A stretch of DNA of 64,000 nucleotides, taken from positions 2,208,001-2,272,000 of the forward strand of contig CBDANF010000003.1 in NCBI GenBank assembly GCA_965197475.1, in the 5' to 3' direction. The first letter of the stretch is position 1, and each line of letters begins with the position of its first letter. This document shows, one piece after another, positions 10,036 through 19,932 of this stretch. The notes below the pieces were generated by a model. The model was not told the origin of the DNA. It did not search any database and saw nothing but the letters and a program-made list of their open reading frames with translations. The position numbers were made by a program, and so were the translations under genes. The stretch is from Candidatus Poribacteria bacterium. Its GTDB lineage: Bacteria; Poribacteria; WGA-4E; WGA-3G.

Positions 10036-11021
10036 GGCTCATGTAAAAAGTAAGTGCTATTTTTTCAAAGTTATGTTAGCGTGTTACCTATGGACTTTCC
10101 AATACAATCTCTCCTGGATGAAGAAAAAACTCAAGCGTGGGTGTTGGATCATTTCCACCTTCAAGGGCTGTGTTGCCCAAAATGCCAAGCGAGCGTGGCG
10201 GAGGCACGCAAGTTCCGTCCGACTGAAACAAGTGGTCTACAAGTGTATCGCTGCAAACACTGTGAGAGCATCTACAACCTCTATACCGGGACGGTCTTTG
10301 CTGGCACGCAGTTTCGTCCCTCACAGGTCGTTCTGCTTTTGCGCGGTGTCTGTCAAGGTGTTTCAAGTGCACAACTCGGGTGTGAACTGGGTCTAAGTCG
10401 TCAAACCGTTCTTTCTATAAGACGTAAACTCCAAACTTCGGCAGAGCAGATACAACCCGAAGCTGCTTTACCTGATGCTGAAGTCGAAACAGATGAGATG
10501 TTTCAAAACGCCGGTGAAAAAGGCGATAAGCACGTTGATGCTTCGGATCCGCCGCGTCGGCGTGGCAATAAACGCAGGGGACATGGGACTTATGACAATG
10601 ATCGTCCGCCTATTGTTGGGACGAAAGGTCGCGAAAGCGGTCTCCTGAGATTACGTGTTGTGCGGCACACCGATTCTGCGACGCTTTCAACACACGTTCA
10701 TCAGTGGACGTTGCCGACTTCAACGGTGTATACGGATGGTTGGCGTGGCTATAACCGTATTCAGCGCGCCCGTGAGATTGTTCTCCATAAGGATGGCGAG
10801 TGGGCAAGAGACGCAGACGGTGATGGTCTTTACGAGATCCATACAAGGACGATTGAAGGTGCCTGGACGACGCTGCGAAACTTCCTTCGTCCCTTTCGTG
10901 GCGTTCATAAAAAGTTCCTCGCCGGTTACGTCGCAATCTGTGAGTTCGTCATGAATCTAAAAGCTGTCAGTGTTGATTTTATAGCAAAACTCGTCAAAAG
11001 CACTTACTCTTGACATGAGCG
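10036..11021 (+). mobile_element. Complete IS1595-family insertion sequence
   Basis: TIRs GGCTCATGTAAAAAGTAAGTGCT / AGCACTTACTCTTGACATGAGCG; 8-bp target duplication ACTATATC at 10028-10035 and 11022-11029. Confidence 0.92.
10090..11013 (+). CDS. IS1595-family DDE transposase
   Basis: Zn ribbon CPKC...CKHC, HTH, VETDE, VYTDGW, TIEGAW. Confidence 0.92.
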   Translation: MDFPIQSLLDEEKTQAWVLDHFHLQGLCCPKCQASVAEARKFRPTETSGLQVYRCKHCESIYNLYTGTVFAGTQFRPSQVVLLLRGVCQGVSSAQLGCELGLSRQTVLSIRRKLQTSAEQIQPEAALPDAEVETDEMFQNAGEKGDKHVDASDPPRRRGNKRRGHGTYDNDRPPIVGTKGRESGLLRLRVVRHTDSATLSTHVHQWTLPTSTVYTDGWRGYNRIQRAREIVLHKDGEWARDADGDGLYEIHTRTIEGAWTTLRNFLRPFRGVHKKFLAGYVAICEFVMNLKAVSVDFIAKLVKSTYS

Positions 11022-11076
11022 ACTATATCTTGTTTCCTAATCTGATATTATCTTATAGGAAACGGCTACATGTTTT

Positions 11077-13659
11077 ATGAAAAAGGCAAATTCTCCTTCA
11101 CGGAACACAAAGACAAAACCTTCTAAAGGTCAATCTACAAAGAAAACACCTAAATCGGAAAACACCGAGAACGTTTTGCACAGTTCGCGAGAATCGGAAA
11201 TTCTCAAATTGTGGGAAACCCGAAAGGTGTACAAGGTTGATGAAAAAACAACAGAGTTGCCGACTTACGTGATCCGAGAAATGCCGACTCCTGTTCATGC
11301 ACTGAGTTTGGATACCCTCCGAAGAAAAATCTATCAAGATATTTTTCTGAAGTCTGAAATGATGCGGGGGCACACTGTTGCATATTCTCCACTTTGGGAA
11401 ACCTTTCCCTTTAGCACTGAAGCAAGCGTAATAAAGAAAAAAAGACCGACAGCTTCGCGAAACATTCTCAATTTCCGAAAACATTGTCGGCAATTATACA
11501 GAGAACATTTGGAAACACAACGGAAGAAATTACAGAAACTCGGAATTTTTGCAGATTGGACCTCTGCTGACAAAACATTAGAAGCACGCCACGAAACTAA
11601 GCTTTTTAGCTTCTTTGATAGACTACGGGACTCTAAATTTCTACGCTCTGAACTCAAACTCAGCCATTGGTGTCCGCATTGCGTATCACCACTGGAAGCT
11701 GGCAAAACTGCTACATCCGTATCTACTAGTGCTTTATATACCTATGTCAAGTTTCCATTCAACAACGGGTTTGAAGAATTTGGCAAAAATGTCTTTTTCG
11801 CTGTCCGTTTTCCACTTTCTCAATTGTGGGAGATCGCTGGCACCATCGCAATAGGCATTTATGAAAATGTTACCTTTTGGCTCACCGAATTTGAAAACCA
11901 ATATCTAATTTTTGCGGAGCCGCAGCTGAAGAAATTTGTTGATCCGAACACTAAAAAGAAAAAATATCCCGAACCTATCGCGAAATTAAAAACAACGAAG
12001 CTTAATAATTGCACTGTTTCTCACCCACTATTTTCGTTAACTGACCTGCCATTTTTTACAATATCAGATAAAGTTGTTGAAAACATTCCTGATACATCAG
12101 AAAGAAAGGAATTGATAGAAGGAATCATTCCGTTAAATCCCGCACATCATTCACTTAGTTATAATATCTTCAATGTGGTGCCTGAAATTAGGAACATCAT
12201 CAACTCTGATTTCTTTTCATCTACGTCAACAACACCTATGTTTGATGAAACCGGTAGGTTTACGGAAGATGCAGATACCCTATGCGGATTAAACTTGTTT
12301 AACGCTATTCAATTTATCACCGATGAATTGGAAGCACGCGGGTGCTTGATTAAGACGCGAAAACAAAAAATTCAACAACTTCACTGTCAACATTGCAACG
12401 GTTTATCAGTTTCTCGGCCTTATCGCCATTGGATGTTTTCCAGTACTTCTACTGATATTAGTGAGGAAGTTGATACTTCGCCAGAGTATTGGGGACATTA
12501 CCATGACGATATACGCGACCATATTCAGAATGAAGTGATGAATATCTCTGATATGCCGATTTCATCACAACGTCAGTGGGGAATACCGCTCCCAGTATTG
12601 CGATGCGATAACTGTAATCAGCTTATCTCGGATAAAAAAATCCTTCGAGCAGTTCGGAGTTCCATACGCCGTGGTTCTGAACACTGGTTCCGACTCAGTG
12701 TGGAAGAATTATTGCCTGCGGATCTGGTTTGTCCCAATTGTCATTCAAAGGATTTTCGAAAAGAGTCAACCTATATTGAAAGCTATTTTGCGAACTTACT
12801 TCATGCACTTGACACTTCCGATTTCAAGAAGTCAATAATTGAGACTTCTACCAATGTCGTTTTTCTGCCGCGAACCATTTTCTTCAAGTGGTTGGGCGAA
12901 TTGAGTGTGCTTTCTGCATCACTTCAACTCAGTCGACCATCTAAAGAGAGCCATCCTTTTAAACACTTGAAACTACACTGCATTGAAGAGGAAGTATGGG
13001 AAACTGAGGTACACGAACAATTTCTACAAAAATATCCAGCAGATATTCTAAGGTTAATCTCAATAGTTCCCGAATTACATCAAGTTCCACTTGAAGAAGA
13101 TGGAACACAGCAGCTTGAGTCGTTGATCGAAAACTACAATCAAAATTATACCCAGCTCAAAGAGATATTATTTCAAACAGTCGAATTGTTGACTGACCTT
13201 CGGAAGAATGGGAATTCTGATGCCCAAATAACTTTATCAAAAGAACCTGACGAGAATGTTTTTGACGCACTGTGGGAAACAGATGCACTTGCAGTTTCGT
13301 TAACCAAACTGCTTTTGATTGACGTTGAAGCGGCTTATCAGGAAAGGGATTTTTACGGGATGTGGCAGCTACTGTTTGATTTTTGTCAAACAGAGCTTCT
13401 ATTTTATATTCACTTATGTCGAACTGAAGTCTCATATAAGAGGTCAGAATCCACGCAAATTGCACTATCAACAATATTCAAAGTGGTTGTTCAACGTCTT
13501 GCCCCGATTTTTCCTTACTTAGCAGAAGAGATTTATGCTGACGGATTTTCTCCTTCGGTAAGTATTTTTGAAGAAAAGTGGTGTAATTTATCACCAATCA
13601 TTAGCGATAATAACACGAGAGCGCAGTGGGAATCGTTGAAAAATGTCCATCAATCCTAA
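11077..13659 (+). CDS. Isoleucyl-tRNA synthetase-like protein, catalytically degenerate
   Basis: Colinear with IleRS (LGIFADW, HWCPHCVSPL, YVKFP, FDETGRFT, ISSQRQWGIPLP, KYPADILRL, RLAPIFPYLAEEIY) but lacks HIGH, GWDCHGLP, TTTPWT and KMSKS; directly upstream of lspA. Confidence 0.85.
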   Translation: MKKANSPSRNTKTKPSKGQSTKKTPKSENTENVLHSSRESEILKLWETRKVYKVDEKTTELPTYVIREMPTPVHALSLDTLRRKIYQDIFLKSEMMRGHTVAYSPLWETFPFSTEASVIKKKRPTASRNILNFRKHCRQLYREHLETQRKKLQKLGIFADWTSADKTLEARHETKLFSFFDRLRDSKFLRSELKLSHWCPHCVSPLEAGKTATSVSTSALYTYVKFPFNNGFEEFGKNVFFAVRFPLSQLWEIAGTIAIGIYENVTFWLTEFENQYLIFAEPQLKKFVDPNTKKKKYPEPIAKLKTTKLNNCTVSHPLFSLTDLPFFTISDKVVENIPDTSERKELIEGIIPLNPAHHSLSYNIFNVVPEIRNIINSDFFSSTSTTPMFDETGRFTEDADTLCGLNLFNAIQFITDELEARGCLIKTRKQKIQQLHCQHCNGLSVSRPYRHWMFSSTSTDISEEVDTSPEYWGHYHDDIRDHIQNEVMNISDMPISSQRQWGIPLPVLRCDNCNQLISDKKILRAVRSSIRRGSEHWFRLSVEELLPADLVCPNCHSKDFRKESTYIESYFANLLHALDTSDFKKSIIETSTNVVFLPRTIFFKWLGELSVLSASLQLSRPSKESHPFKHLKLHCIEEEVWETEVHEQFLQKYPADILRLISIVPELHQVPLEEDGTQQLESLIENYNQNYTQLKEILFQTVELLTDLRKNGNSDAQITLSKEPDENVFDALWETDALAVSLTKLLLIDVEAAYQERDFYGMWQLLFDFCQTELLFYIHLCRTEVSYKRSESTQIALSTIFKVVVQRLAPIFPYLAEEIYADGFSPSVSIFEEKWCNLSPIISDNNTRAQWESLKNVHQS

Positions 13660-13686
13660 ACCTAAAATCAATGGGAAACTCAGGAA

Positions 13687-14181
13687 GTGAATTCTCCGAT
13701 TCAATACTTTAAAAAGATTTTGCCATTAGTAATAGTGGCTATTCCAACATTGTTACTTGATATTTTCACCAAATTGCTTGTCCGCATGCACATTTCTATA
13801 GGGCATGGGCATGCGATAATCCCAGGTTTCTTTAATTTGCGACACCATAGAAACACAGGTGCAGCTTTCGGAATTTTTTCAGATCAACGTACATTACTCA
13901 TCATAGTAACAATCGCAGCGTTAATCTTTATTTTTGTCTATTCTTTCAGATTCCAGAATAGCAGATGGATGCAAACCGCACTCGGTTTTCTACTTGGTGG
14001 GGCAGTCGGAAACTTTATTGACCGCATCTATTTGGGCGAAGTGGTTGATTTTCTTCAGTTTGGTATAGAAAGCAAAAAACTATTTTGGCCCACTTTTAAC
14101 GTTGCTGATATCTCAGTGTGTATAGGCGCAGGGATGCTCATTGTTTACCTTTTTCGTCTTCAGAATCGAAGCGTAAATTGA
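13687..14181 (+). CDS. lspA: Lipoprotein signal peptidase II
   Basis: NTGAAFG, GGAVGNFIDR, VVDF, FNVAD. Confidence 0.96.
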   Translation: MNSPIQYFKKILPLVIVAIPTLLLDIFTKLLVRMHISIGHGHAIIPGFFNLRHHRNTGAAFGIFSDQRTLLIIVTIAALIFIFVYSFRFQNSRWMQTALGFLLGGAVGNFIDRIYLGEVVDFLQFGIESKKLFWPTFNVADISVCIGAGMLIVYLFRLQNRSVN

Positions 14182-14393
14182 GTTGACAACGATGGAAATT
14201 ATGCAAACAGAACAATATCTATCTCGTGTCCGCATTTGTAAACAGTTGACGCAAAACTATAGTGGATATAGACATGTTGTGACCCACATGCGCGGGGATT
14301 CCACTTCGGTAGACGAGGTTTCCTAACCTTGCCTGTTCAGACTGTCTCAGACTGCCTCGTTAATTCTAAAATCTACCATAAAAGGATTGAAAA

Positions 14394-14951
14394 ATGTTGA
14401 AATTTAGAAGTGGAATGTTTGTGCTTTCTTTTGCAGTTTTCTTTGCAATCGTGCCATATTCACAAGCTCAAAACCAAACAACCCAAGAGGAAGAATACAG
14501 CGAAAGCGCGTTACGTAGGTTTGAAATAGTAACGTTAAGTGCGCTCCCATTTACAGCAGTCCATAGTTATTTAGGGGTTCGCGGCATAAAAATGATTCAG
14601 ACAAGTAAAATCGCGCCTATATTGACACCGCAGAATTATCGTGTAATGGGTATTACTGCCGTTTCGTTATCCCTATTCATCGGTTTTTGGGATTGGTTAC
14701 ATACCCGCAATGTAGACAGGTCAGCACCGAGTGTGCCAGGGCGAAAACCCCCATCACCTCCGACTGAGGATGGCATCCCTCCTGATGGAAGTATTGCGCG
14801 TGCTCCAAGTTTTGGACCACATGCGAATATGTATGGCATCTCAACATATCTTGGACAGCCTCACCGATGGTCGCAAAACACTGCGCTGAATATGTGGGCA
14901 ACCCAACCATCTGTTGGTTTAGTCATCCCACTGTTTGAAATACGATTTTAA
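14394..14951 (+). CDS. Hypothetical exported/membrane protein
   Basis: Signal peptide (...SQA), TM segment, Pro-rich tail. Confidence 0.6.
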   Translation: MLKFRSGMFVLSFAVFFAIVPYSQAQNQTTQEEEYSESALRRFEIVTLSALPFTAVHSYLGVRGIKMIQTSKIAPILTPQNYRVMGITAVSLSLFIGFWDWLHTRNVDRSAPSVPGRKPPSPPTEDGIPPDGSIARAPSFGPHANMYGISTYLGQPHRWSQNTALNMWATQPSVGLVIPLFEIRF

Positions 14952-15002
14952 TCGCATTTTTCTTGATCGCTCAATGATTAATGGACATAGGTAGTATACA
15001 AA

Positions 15003-15965
15003 ATGCGTATTCTCTTTATGGGTACCAGTGAATTTGCGATTCCAGCACTGAAAGAACTTATTGCTCACGGTTTTGAAATCATAGCAGTCGTTACGCAACC
15101 TGACCGCCCCAGTGGTAGAGGAAAAAAGTTAAGTCCTCCGCCAGTAAAGAAGGTCGCAATAGAATATGACCTCAATGTTTTTCAACCTGATAAGGTGAGA
15201 AAACCAGAATTTGTCAAGACGCTTAAACATCTTCGTCCGGATGTTATTATAGTTGCAGCTTTCGGTCAACTTTTGCCGCAATCGGTGTTGGATATTCCAC
15301 CATGCGGTGTAATAAACCTGCATCCGTCTCTGTTGCCAAAATATAGAGGTGCAGCCCCAATCCAATGGGCATTAATTAATGGTGAGAAAGAGACGGGTAT
15401 AACACTTATGCTGTTGGATGCTGGTGAGGATACGGGTGATATAATCTGCATGGAGCGAATACCTATTGAACTTGAAGATACAGCAGAAACACTACACCAG
15501 CAATTAGCAGATATCGGCGCGCGGCTTTTAGTAGAAGTATTGATGAACTTGCCACAAGGGCAACATCCAACAGCGATGCCACAAAATCACGATGAGGCGA
15601 CACATGCCCCGCGTTTAACAAAAACCATCGGACATGTCAATTGGAGCGAATCTGCAACGACAATTCACAATCTTATTAGAGGTACAGCAGGATGGCCAGG
15701 CGCATACACCTATTTTCGAGACGGTATGTTCCTTAAAATTATTCAATCTCTACCGCATGAAAATGAATCCGAAATCAAACAAGGTATACCGAATGAACTA
15801 CCCGGCACTATTAAAATCACTTCTGAAAAGCGACTTTTTGTGGTAACAGGTAAAGACGAACTTCAGTTGTTGCAAGTTCAACCCGCTACAAAGAAAATTA
15901 TGGCAGCTACGGATTTTGTGAATGGATACAAGTTAAAAACTGGTGAAAGTTTTTCCACCGTGTGA
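15003..15965 (+). CDS. fmt: Methionyl-tRNA formyltransferase
   Basis: MRILFMGT, QPDRPSGRG, NLHPSLLPKYRGAAPI. Confidence 0.96.
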   Translation: MRILFMGTSEFAIPALKELIAHGFEIIAVVTQPDRPSGRGKKLSPPPVKKVAIEYDLNVFQPDKVRKPEFVKTLKHLRPDVIIVAAFGQLLPQSVLDIPPCGVINLHPSLLPKYRGAAPIQWALINGEKETGITLMLLDAGEDTGDIICMERIPIELEDTAETLHQQLADIGARLLVEVLMNLPQGQHPTAMPQNHDEATHAPRLTKTIGHVNWSESATTIHNLIRGTAGWPGAYTYFRDGMFLKIIQSLPHENESEIKQGIPNELPGTIKITSEKRLFVVTGKDELQLLQVQPATKKIMAATDFVNGYKLKTGESFSTV

Positions 15966-16004
15966 TGTAATCGCAAACGTTTTGTATATGGATTCAAAGA
16001 TTAA

Positions 16005-16970
16005 ATGAACACGCTTAATAAGACTTTATGGGAAATGGTCAAGATTGCTGCCTATTGCTTGATTGTAATGGGAATAGTCGGGTCGTTGACACTTTTCATT
16101 GTTATTCCGCAATGGATAAAGTCAACTGAAATTTTGGTTCCAAACCTTGTAGGTAAACACTATTACCAAGCACTGCAGACACTTAAAAATGCAGGACTTA
16201 AACCAAATAATACGCTTCTATTTGAGAGTAGTAGCAAACCGAAAGGGGATGTCATCAAGCAAACCCCCCTTGCCAATATTAGTATTAAACCCCAGCAAAC
16301 TGTTCAACTTACAGTCAGTATTGGTGCTGATCTAATGGCTGTTCCATCAGTTATTGGAAAATCGGAAGATGCAGCACACGAAACGCTCAAAACTGCTGGT
16401 TTTCGTCCAAATTCGGTTGCTTATGTCCATTCAACAAATTATTTACCGGACACCGTCATCGCTCAAAATCCTGCAGAAAGTATTCCAAAAAAACGCGCCA
16501 GCGATGTGAACCTATTGATAAGTCTTGGAAGAAAACCGGAAAACATTCAGCTGCCAGACCTGCAGAACTATCTCGTCAGCGAAGTATTACCCGCACTTAA
16601 AGCGATTGGTTTGGATGTTGAAATTAAAAATAGTCCACATCCAAAAATTGAGCAAGGGAGGATTATTACACACAATAAACTTGTTCAAAGCGGCGACCTA
16701 ATTACACTTGAAGTCAGCGGTAAACGTGGTAACACCGAAAATATTGGCAGGTTATTAACATATAAACACACCGTTAGTGAAGAAGGGAATCGAGCAAAAG
16801 AAGTCCGAATCATTATTATTGATGAATATCGTGAACGCGAAGTCCTTAAAGGATCTTATGCGCCTGGAACCGTAATTGACTTGGAAAAAAGAAGAGTCAG
16901 GGTTTTCGGTCCAACACTGGTAATTGTGTTTGAAGATGGTAAAAAAATGTATGAGCGTCAATATCAATAA
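16005..16970 (+). CDS. Membrane-anchored PASTA-domain protein (3 PASTA repeats, no kinase domain)
   Basis: N-terminal TM; VPNLVGK, VPSVIGK and LPDLQN repeats. Confidence 0.85.
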   Translation: MNTLNKTLWEMVKIAAYCLIVMGIVGSLTLFIVIPQWIKSTEILVPNLVGKHYYQALQTLKNAGLKPNNTLLFESSSKPKGDVIKQTPLANISIKPQQTVQLTVSIGADLMAVPSVIGKSEDAAHETLKTAGFRPNSVAYVHSTNYLPDTVIAQNPAESIPKKRASDVNLLISLGRKPENIQLPDLQNYLVSEVLPALKAIGLDVEIKNSPHPKIEQGRIITHNKLVQSGDLITLEVSGKRGNTENIGRLLTYKHTVSEEGNRAKEVRIIIIDEYREREVLKGSYAPGTVIDLEKRRVRVFGPTLVIVFEDGKKMYERQYQ

Positions 16971-17026
16971 AAATCGTATTGCAAAACTCTTAGGTAATTA
17001 GAAATAATTGTTCCATCGAAAATCCG

Positions 17027-17698
17027 ATGAAAAATCAAAATAATAAAGTACCCAAAATTGCGCCGTCACTATTAGCAGCTGATTTCAGTCGTTTTGGTGA
17101 AGAGGTCAACCGTGTTGTCACCGCTGGTGCCGACCTGCTTCATTTTGATGTGATGGATGGCGAATTTGTGCCAAACTTCGGTATAAGTCCACTATTAATT
17201 GCTGCGGTTCGAGAAAAAACGGAGGTGCTTTTTGATGTCCATATCATGGTAACACATCCGCTCCGATATATTGATGCCTTAGCTGATGCCGGGTCAGATA
17301 TCATAACCTTCCATATTGAAAGTGACGATGAACCCAATGCGGTAATTTCAGCAATTAAAGCACATAACATAAAAGCCGGTTTAGCATTTTCACCAAAAAC
17401 ACCAACTGAGGCAGTTACACCTTACCTGTCGGATATTGATCTCGTCTTACCGATGAGCGTTGAACCGGGATTCGGGGGACAAGCCTTTATACCGGGTACT
17501 CTTGAGAAAATAGCAAAATTGGATCGTAAGATTCAAGAGATTGATAATTCGCCTGAAATTTCTGTTGATGGGGGTGTAACAGTAGAGATAGGACCACGTG
17601 CTGCTCGTCAAGGTGCTACAATCCTTGTCGCAGGCACAGCAATTTTTCGGAGCCAACACCCAAAAGCAATCATTGAAAAATTACGTACTGTAGAGTAG
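17027..17698 (+). CDS. rpe: Ribulose-phosphate 3-epimerase
   Basis: IAPSLLAADF, HFDVMDG, MSVEPGFGGQ, VDGG. Confidence 0.96.
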   Translation: MKNQNNKVPKIAPSLLAADFSRFGEEVNRVVTAGADLLHFDVMDGEFVPNFGISPLLIAAVREKTEVLFDVHIMVTHPLRYIDALADAGSDIITFHIESDDEPNAVISAIKAHNIKAGLAFSPKTPTEAVTPYLSDIDLVLPMSVEPGFGGQAFIPGTLEKIAKLDRKIQEIDNSPEISVDGGVTVEIGPRAARQGATILVAGTAIFRSQHPKAIIEKLRTVE

Positions 17699-17733
17699 CT
17701 CTAAGTTCCTACTTGATTTTGTTAGGAAGAAAG

Positions 17734-18453
17734 ATGCATACGTTCTATGTTCCCTCAACTCAGATCAATGAAGATATCGCTGCGATTACGGACGTAGAAC
17801 AACACCATCTCCGAAATGTGCTCCGTGTGAATCTCGGTGATAAAATCCGAATTATTGATGGAAAGGGAGGTGTCTTTATAGCAGAAATAAAGAGTATTAA
17901 CACCGAATCAACGGCTGCAAAAATACTTAATCGTGAGTTTCACGAGAGAAAATCACCGTCCATAATCCTTTTTCAAACGTTACCCAAAAACGATAAGATG
18001 GAGTTGATTTTGCAGAAGACAACTGAACTTGGTATTACACAGATTGTTCCTATATCCACAGAACGGTCACTACAAAAACCGAGTGAAAGTCGTTATCAAC
18101 GTTGGCACCGAGTCGTTATTTCTGCAACAAAGCAGTGCAAACGAGCGTGGTTACCAGAACTATGTGAAATTCAAAAATTTCAAGACTGCCTAAACACGTT
18201 CCAATCATTTGCACTCACCCTAATCTTCTGGGAAAATGAGAAGCAACAACATATCAAAAAAGTCTTGAGAGAGACACCAAAGATAGAATCTATAGCACTT
18301 TTAGTCGGTCCAGAAGGGGGCTTTACCGAAAAGGAAGTCAATGATGCAATTGAAAACGGATGTACCCCTGTGACGATCGGATCAAATATCCTGAGAACAG
18401 AAACAGCCGCAATCGCAGGAATTACCATCGCCGCTTATGAATACCAACTTTAA
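17734..18453 (+). CDS. rsmE: 16S rRNA m3U1498 methyltransferase
   Basis: HHLRNVLR, QKTTELG, VGPEGGF, ILRTETA. Confidence 0.95.
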   Translation: MHTFYVPSTQINEDIAAITDVEQHHLRNVLRVNLGDKIRIIDGKGGVFIAEIKSINTESTAAKILNREFHERKSPSIILFQTLPKNDKMELILQKTTELGITQIVPISTERSLQKPSESRYQRWHRVVISATKQCKRAWLPELCEIQKFQDCLNTFQSFALTLIFWENEKQQHIKKVLRETPKIESIALLVGPEGGFTEKEVNDAIENGCTPVTIGSNILRTETAAIAGITIAAYEYQL

Positions 18454-18469
18454 TTCGACACAAAAAGCA

Positions 18470-19780
18470 ATGAAGACAGCCAAACTCATTACGATGGGGT
18501 GTAAGGTTAATCAATACGATACGCAATCAATGCGGGAAGCACTTGTCCGTAACGGGTATGCGATTGTTGATGAAACACAGCCCGCTGACCTCTATCTCAT
18601 TAACACTTGCACAGTAACAAACGCCGCTGATCAGAAAGCAAGACAAGCAATTCGGAGATCTATTCGACAGAACCCGAATGCTGATGTCTTGGTTACGGGG
18701 TGTTACGCTGAAAATGACCGAAAGGCAATTGAGGAAATCCCCGGCGTGAAGTTTGTCTTCGGAAACCGGGAGAAAGCAGACTTTCAAACCTATCTTGATA
18801 AGTTACATACTGAGACACCACTACAGATTCAACCTATTCAGCACGATGCGATTCGGGAACATGCGCGTTTTAGCAGCGGTGTAAGCAATGCCGGAAAACG
18901 CACACGCGCCCTTATTAAAGTCCAAGATGGTTGTAGTGCTTTCTGCACCTATTGCATCATTCCTTATGTACGGGGACGAATGACCAGTCGTCCTTTGACA
19001 GAGATCGTGGATGAAGCGCATCGAATTGCCGACAGTGGTATCAAGGAAATTGTGATTACCGGTGTGCATCTTGGTGCTTACGGACAAGACACGGGCAGAG
19101 ACAAGGATATTGCGGATATATTAGAACGGATACACGGAATTGATGGCATTGAACGTATCCGCTTCAGCTCAATAGAGCCGATGTATTTTCCCGATATTCT
19201 ATCAGAACGGATGTCAGCACTACCGAAGTGTATGCCTCACTTCCACCTCCCAATTCAATCTGGGTCGGATGAGGTGTTACGCAGAATGCGCCGCCGTTAT
19301 ACAACCACAAAATTCGCTCACCTCGTTGAAAACCTACGTGCCCGTTTTTCCGATGATGTTGGTATCACCACAGATATTATGGTTGGATTTCCTGGTGAAA
19401 CGGAAATTGAATTTAAGAATTCGCTTCAGTTCGTTGAAGATATTGGATTCAGTCAACTACATGTGTTTCGATATTCTCCGCGCAAAGGCACACCTGCAGC
19501 CGCTTACACAGACCAAGTTCCTCCACATATTTCAGCTGTGCGGAGCCGAGAGATGATTGAATTAGGTGAACAACTTAGTGCAGCATTTCGAAAGCGAATG
19601 CTTGGCAAACATAAAAACGTTTTAGTCGAAGAAAGTCGGGAGGGTCAGAAAAACCTTCGCGCAGGATTCACGGATAACTATCTCCGTGTGCTTGTAGATG
19701 CTCCAGAAACTGTAATTAATCAAATTTTGCGAGTTAAGTTAACAACTTTAGATAGCGAATTTGTCTATGGGGTATGTTAG
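18470..19780 (+). CDS. mtaB: tRNA t6A37 methylthiotransferase (radical SAM)
   Basis: GCKVNQYD, INTCTVT, KVQDGCSAFCTYCII, TRAM domain; follows rsmE. Confidence 0.93.
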   Translation: MKTAKLITMGCKVNQYDTQSMREALVRNGYAIVDETQPADLYLINTCTVTNAADQKARQAIRRSIRQNPNADVLVTGCYAENDRKAIEEIPGVKFVFGNREKADFQTYLDKLHTETPLQIQPIQHDAIREHARFSSGVSNAGKRTRALIKVQDGCSAFCTYCIIPYVRGRMTSRPLTEIVDEAHRIADSGIKEIVITGVHLGAYGQDTGRDKDIADILERIHGIDGIERIRFSSIEPMYFPDILSERMSALPKCMPHFHLPIQSGSDEVLRRMRRRYTTTKFAHLVENLRARFSDDVGITTDIMVGFPGETEIEFKNSLQFVEDIGFSQLHVFRYSPRKGTPAAAYTDQVPPHISAVRSREMIELGEQLSAAFRKRMLGKHKNVLVEESREGQKNLRAGFTDNYLRVLVDAPETVINQILRVKLTTLDSEFVYGVC

Positions 19781-19932
19781 GAATGACTATTTATCGTGAA
19801 GCCCAGAAATTAGATGCCGAATGTCATACATGCATTCGGCGTTGATTCGCTTAGCTTAAGTCAAATCACGTGAGTTATAGAGTCGGTTCCACTATGCTTT
19901 GTGGGTGGAAATCTTATATAAGGTAGGATGCC

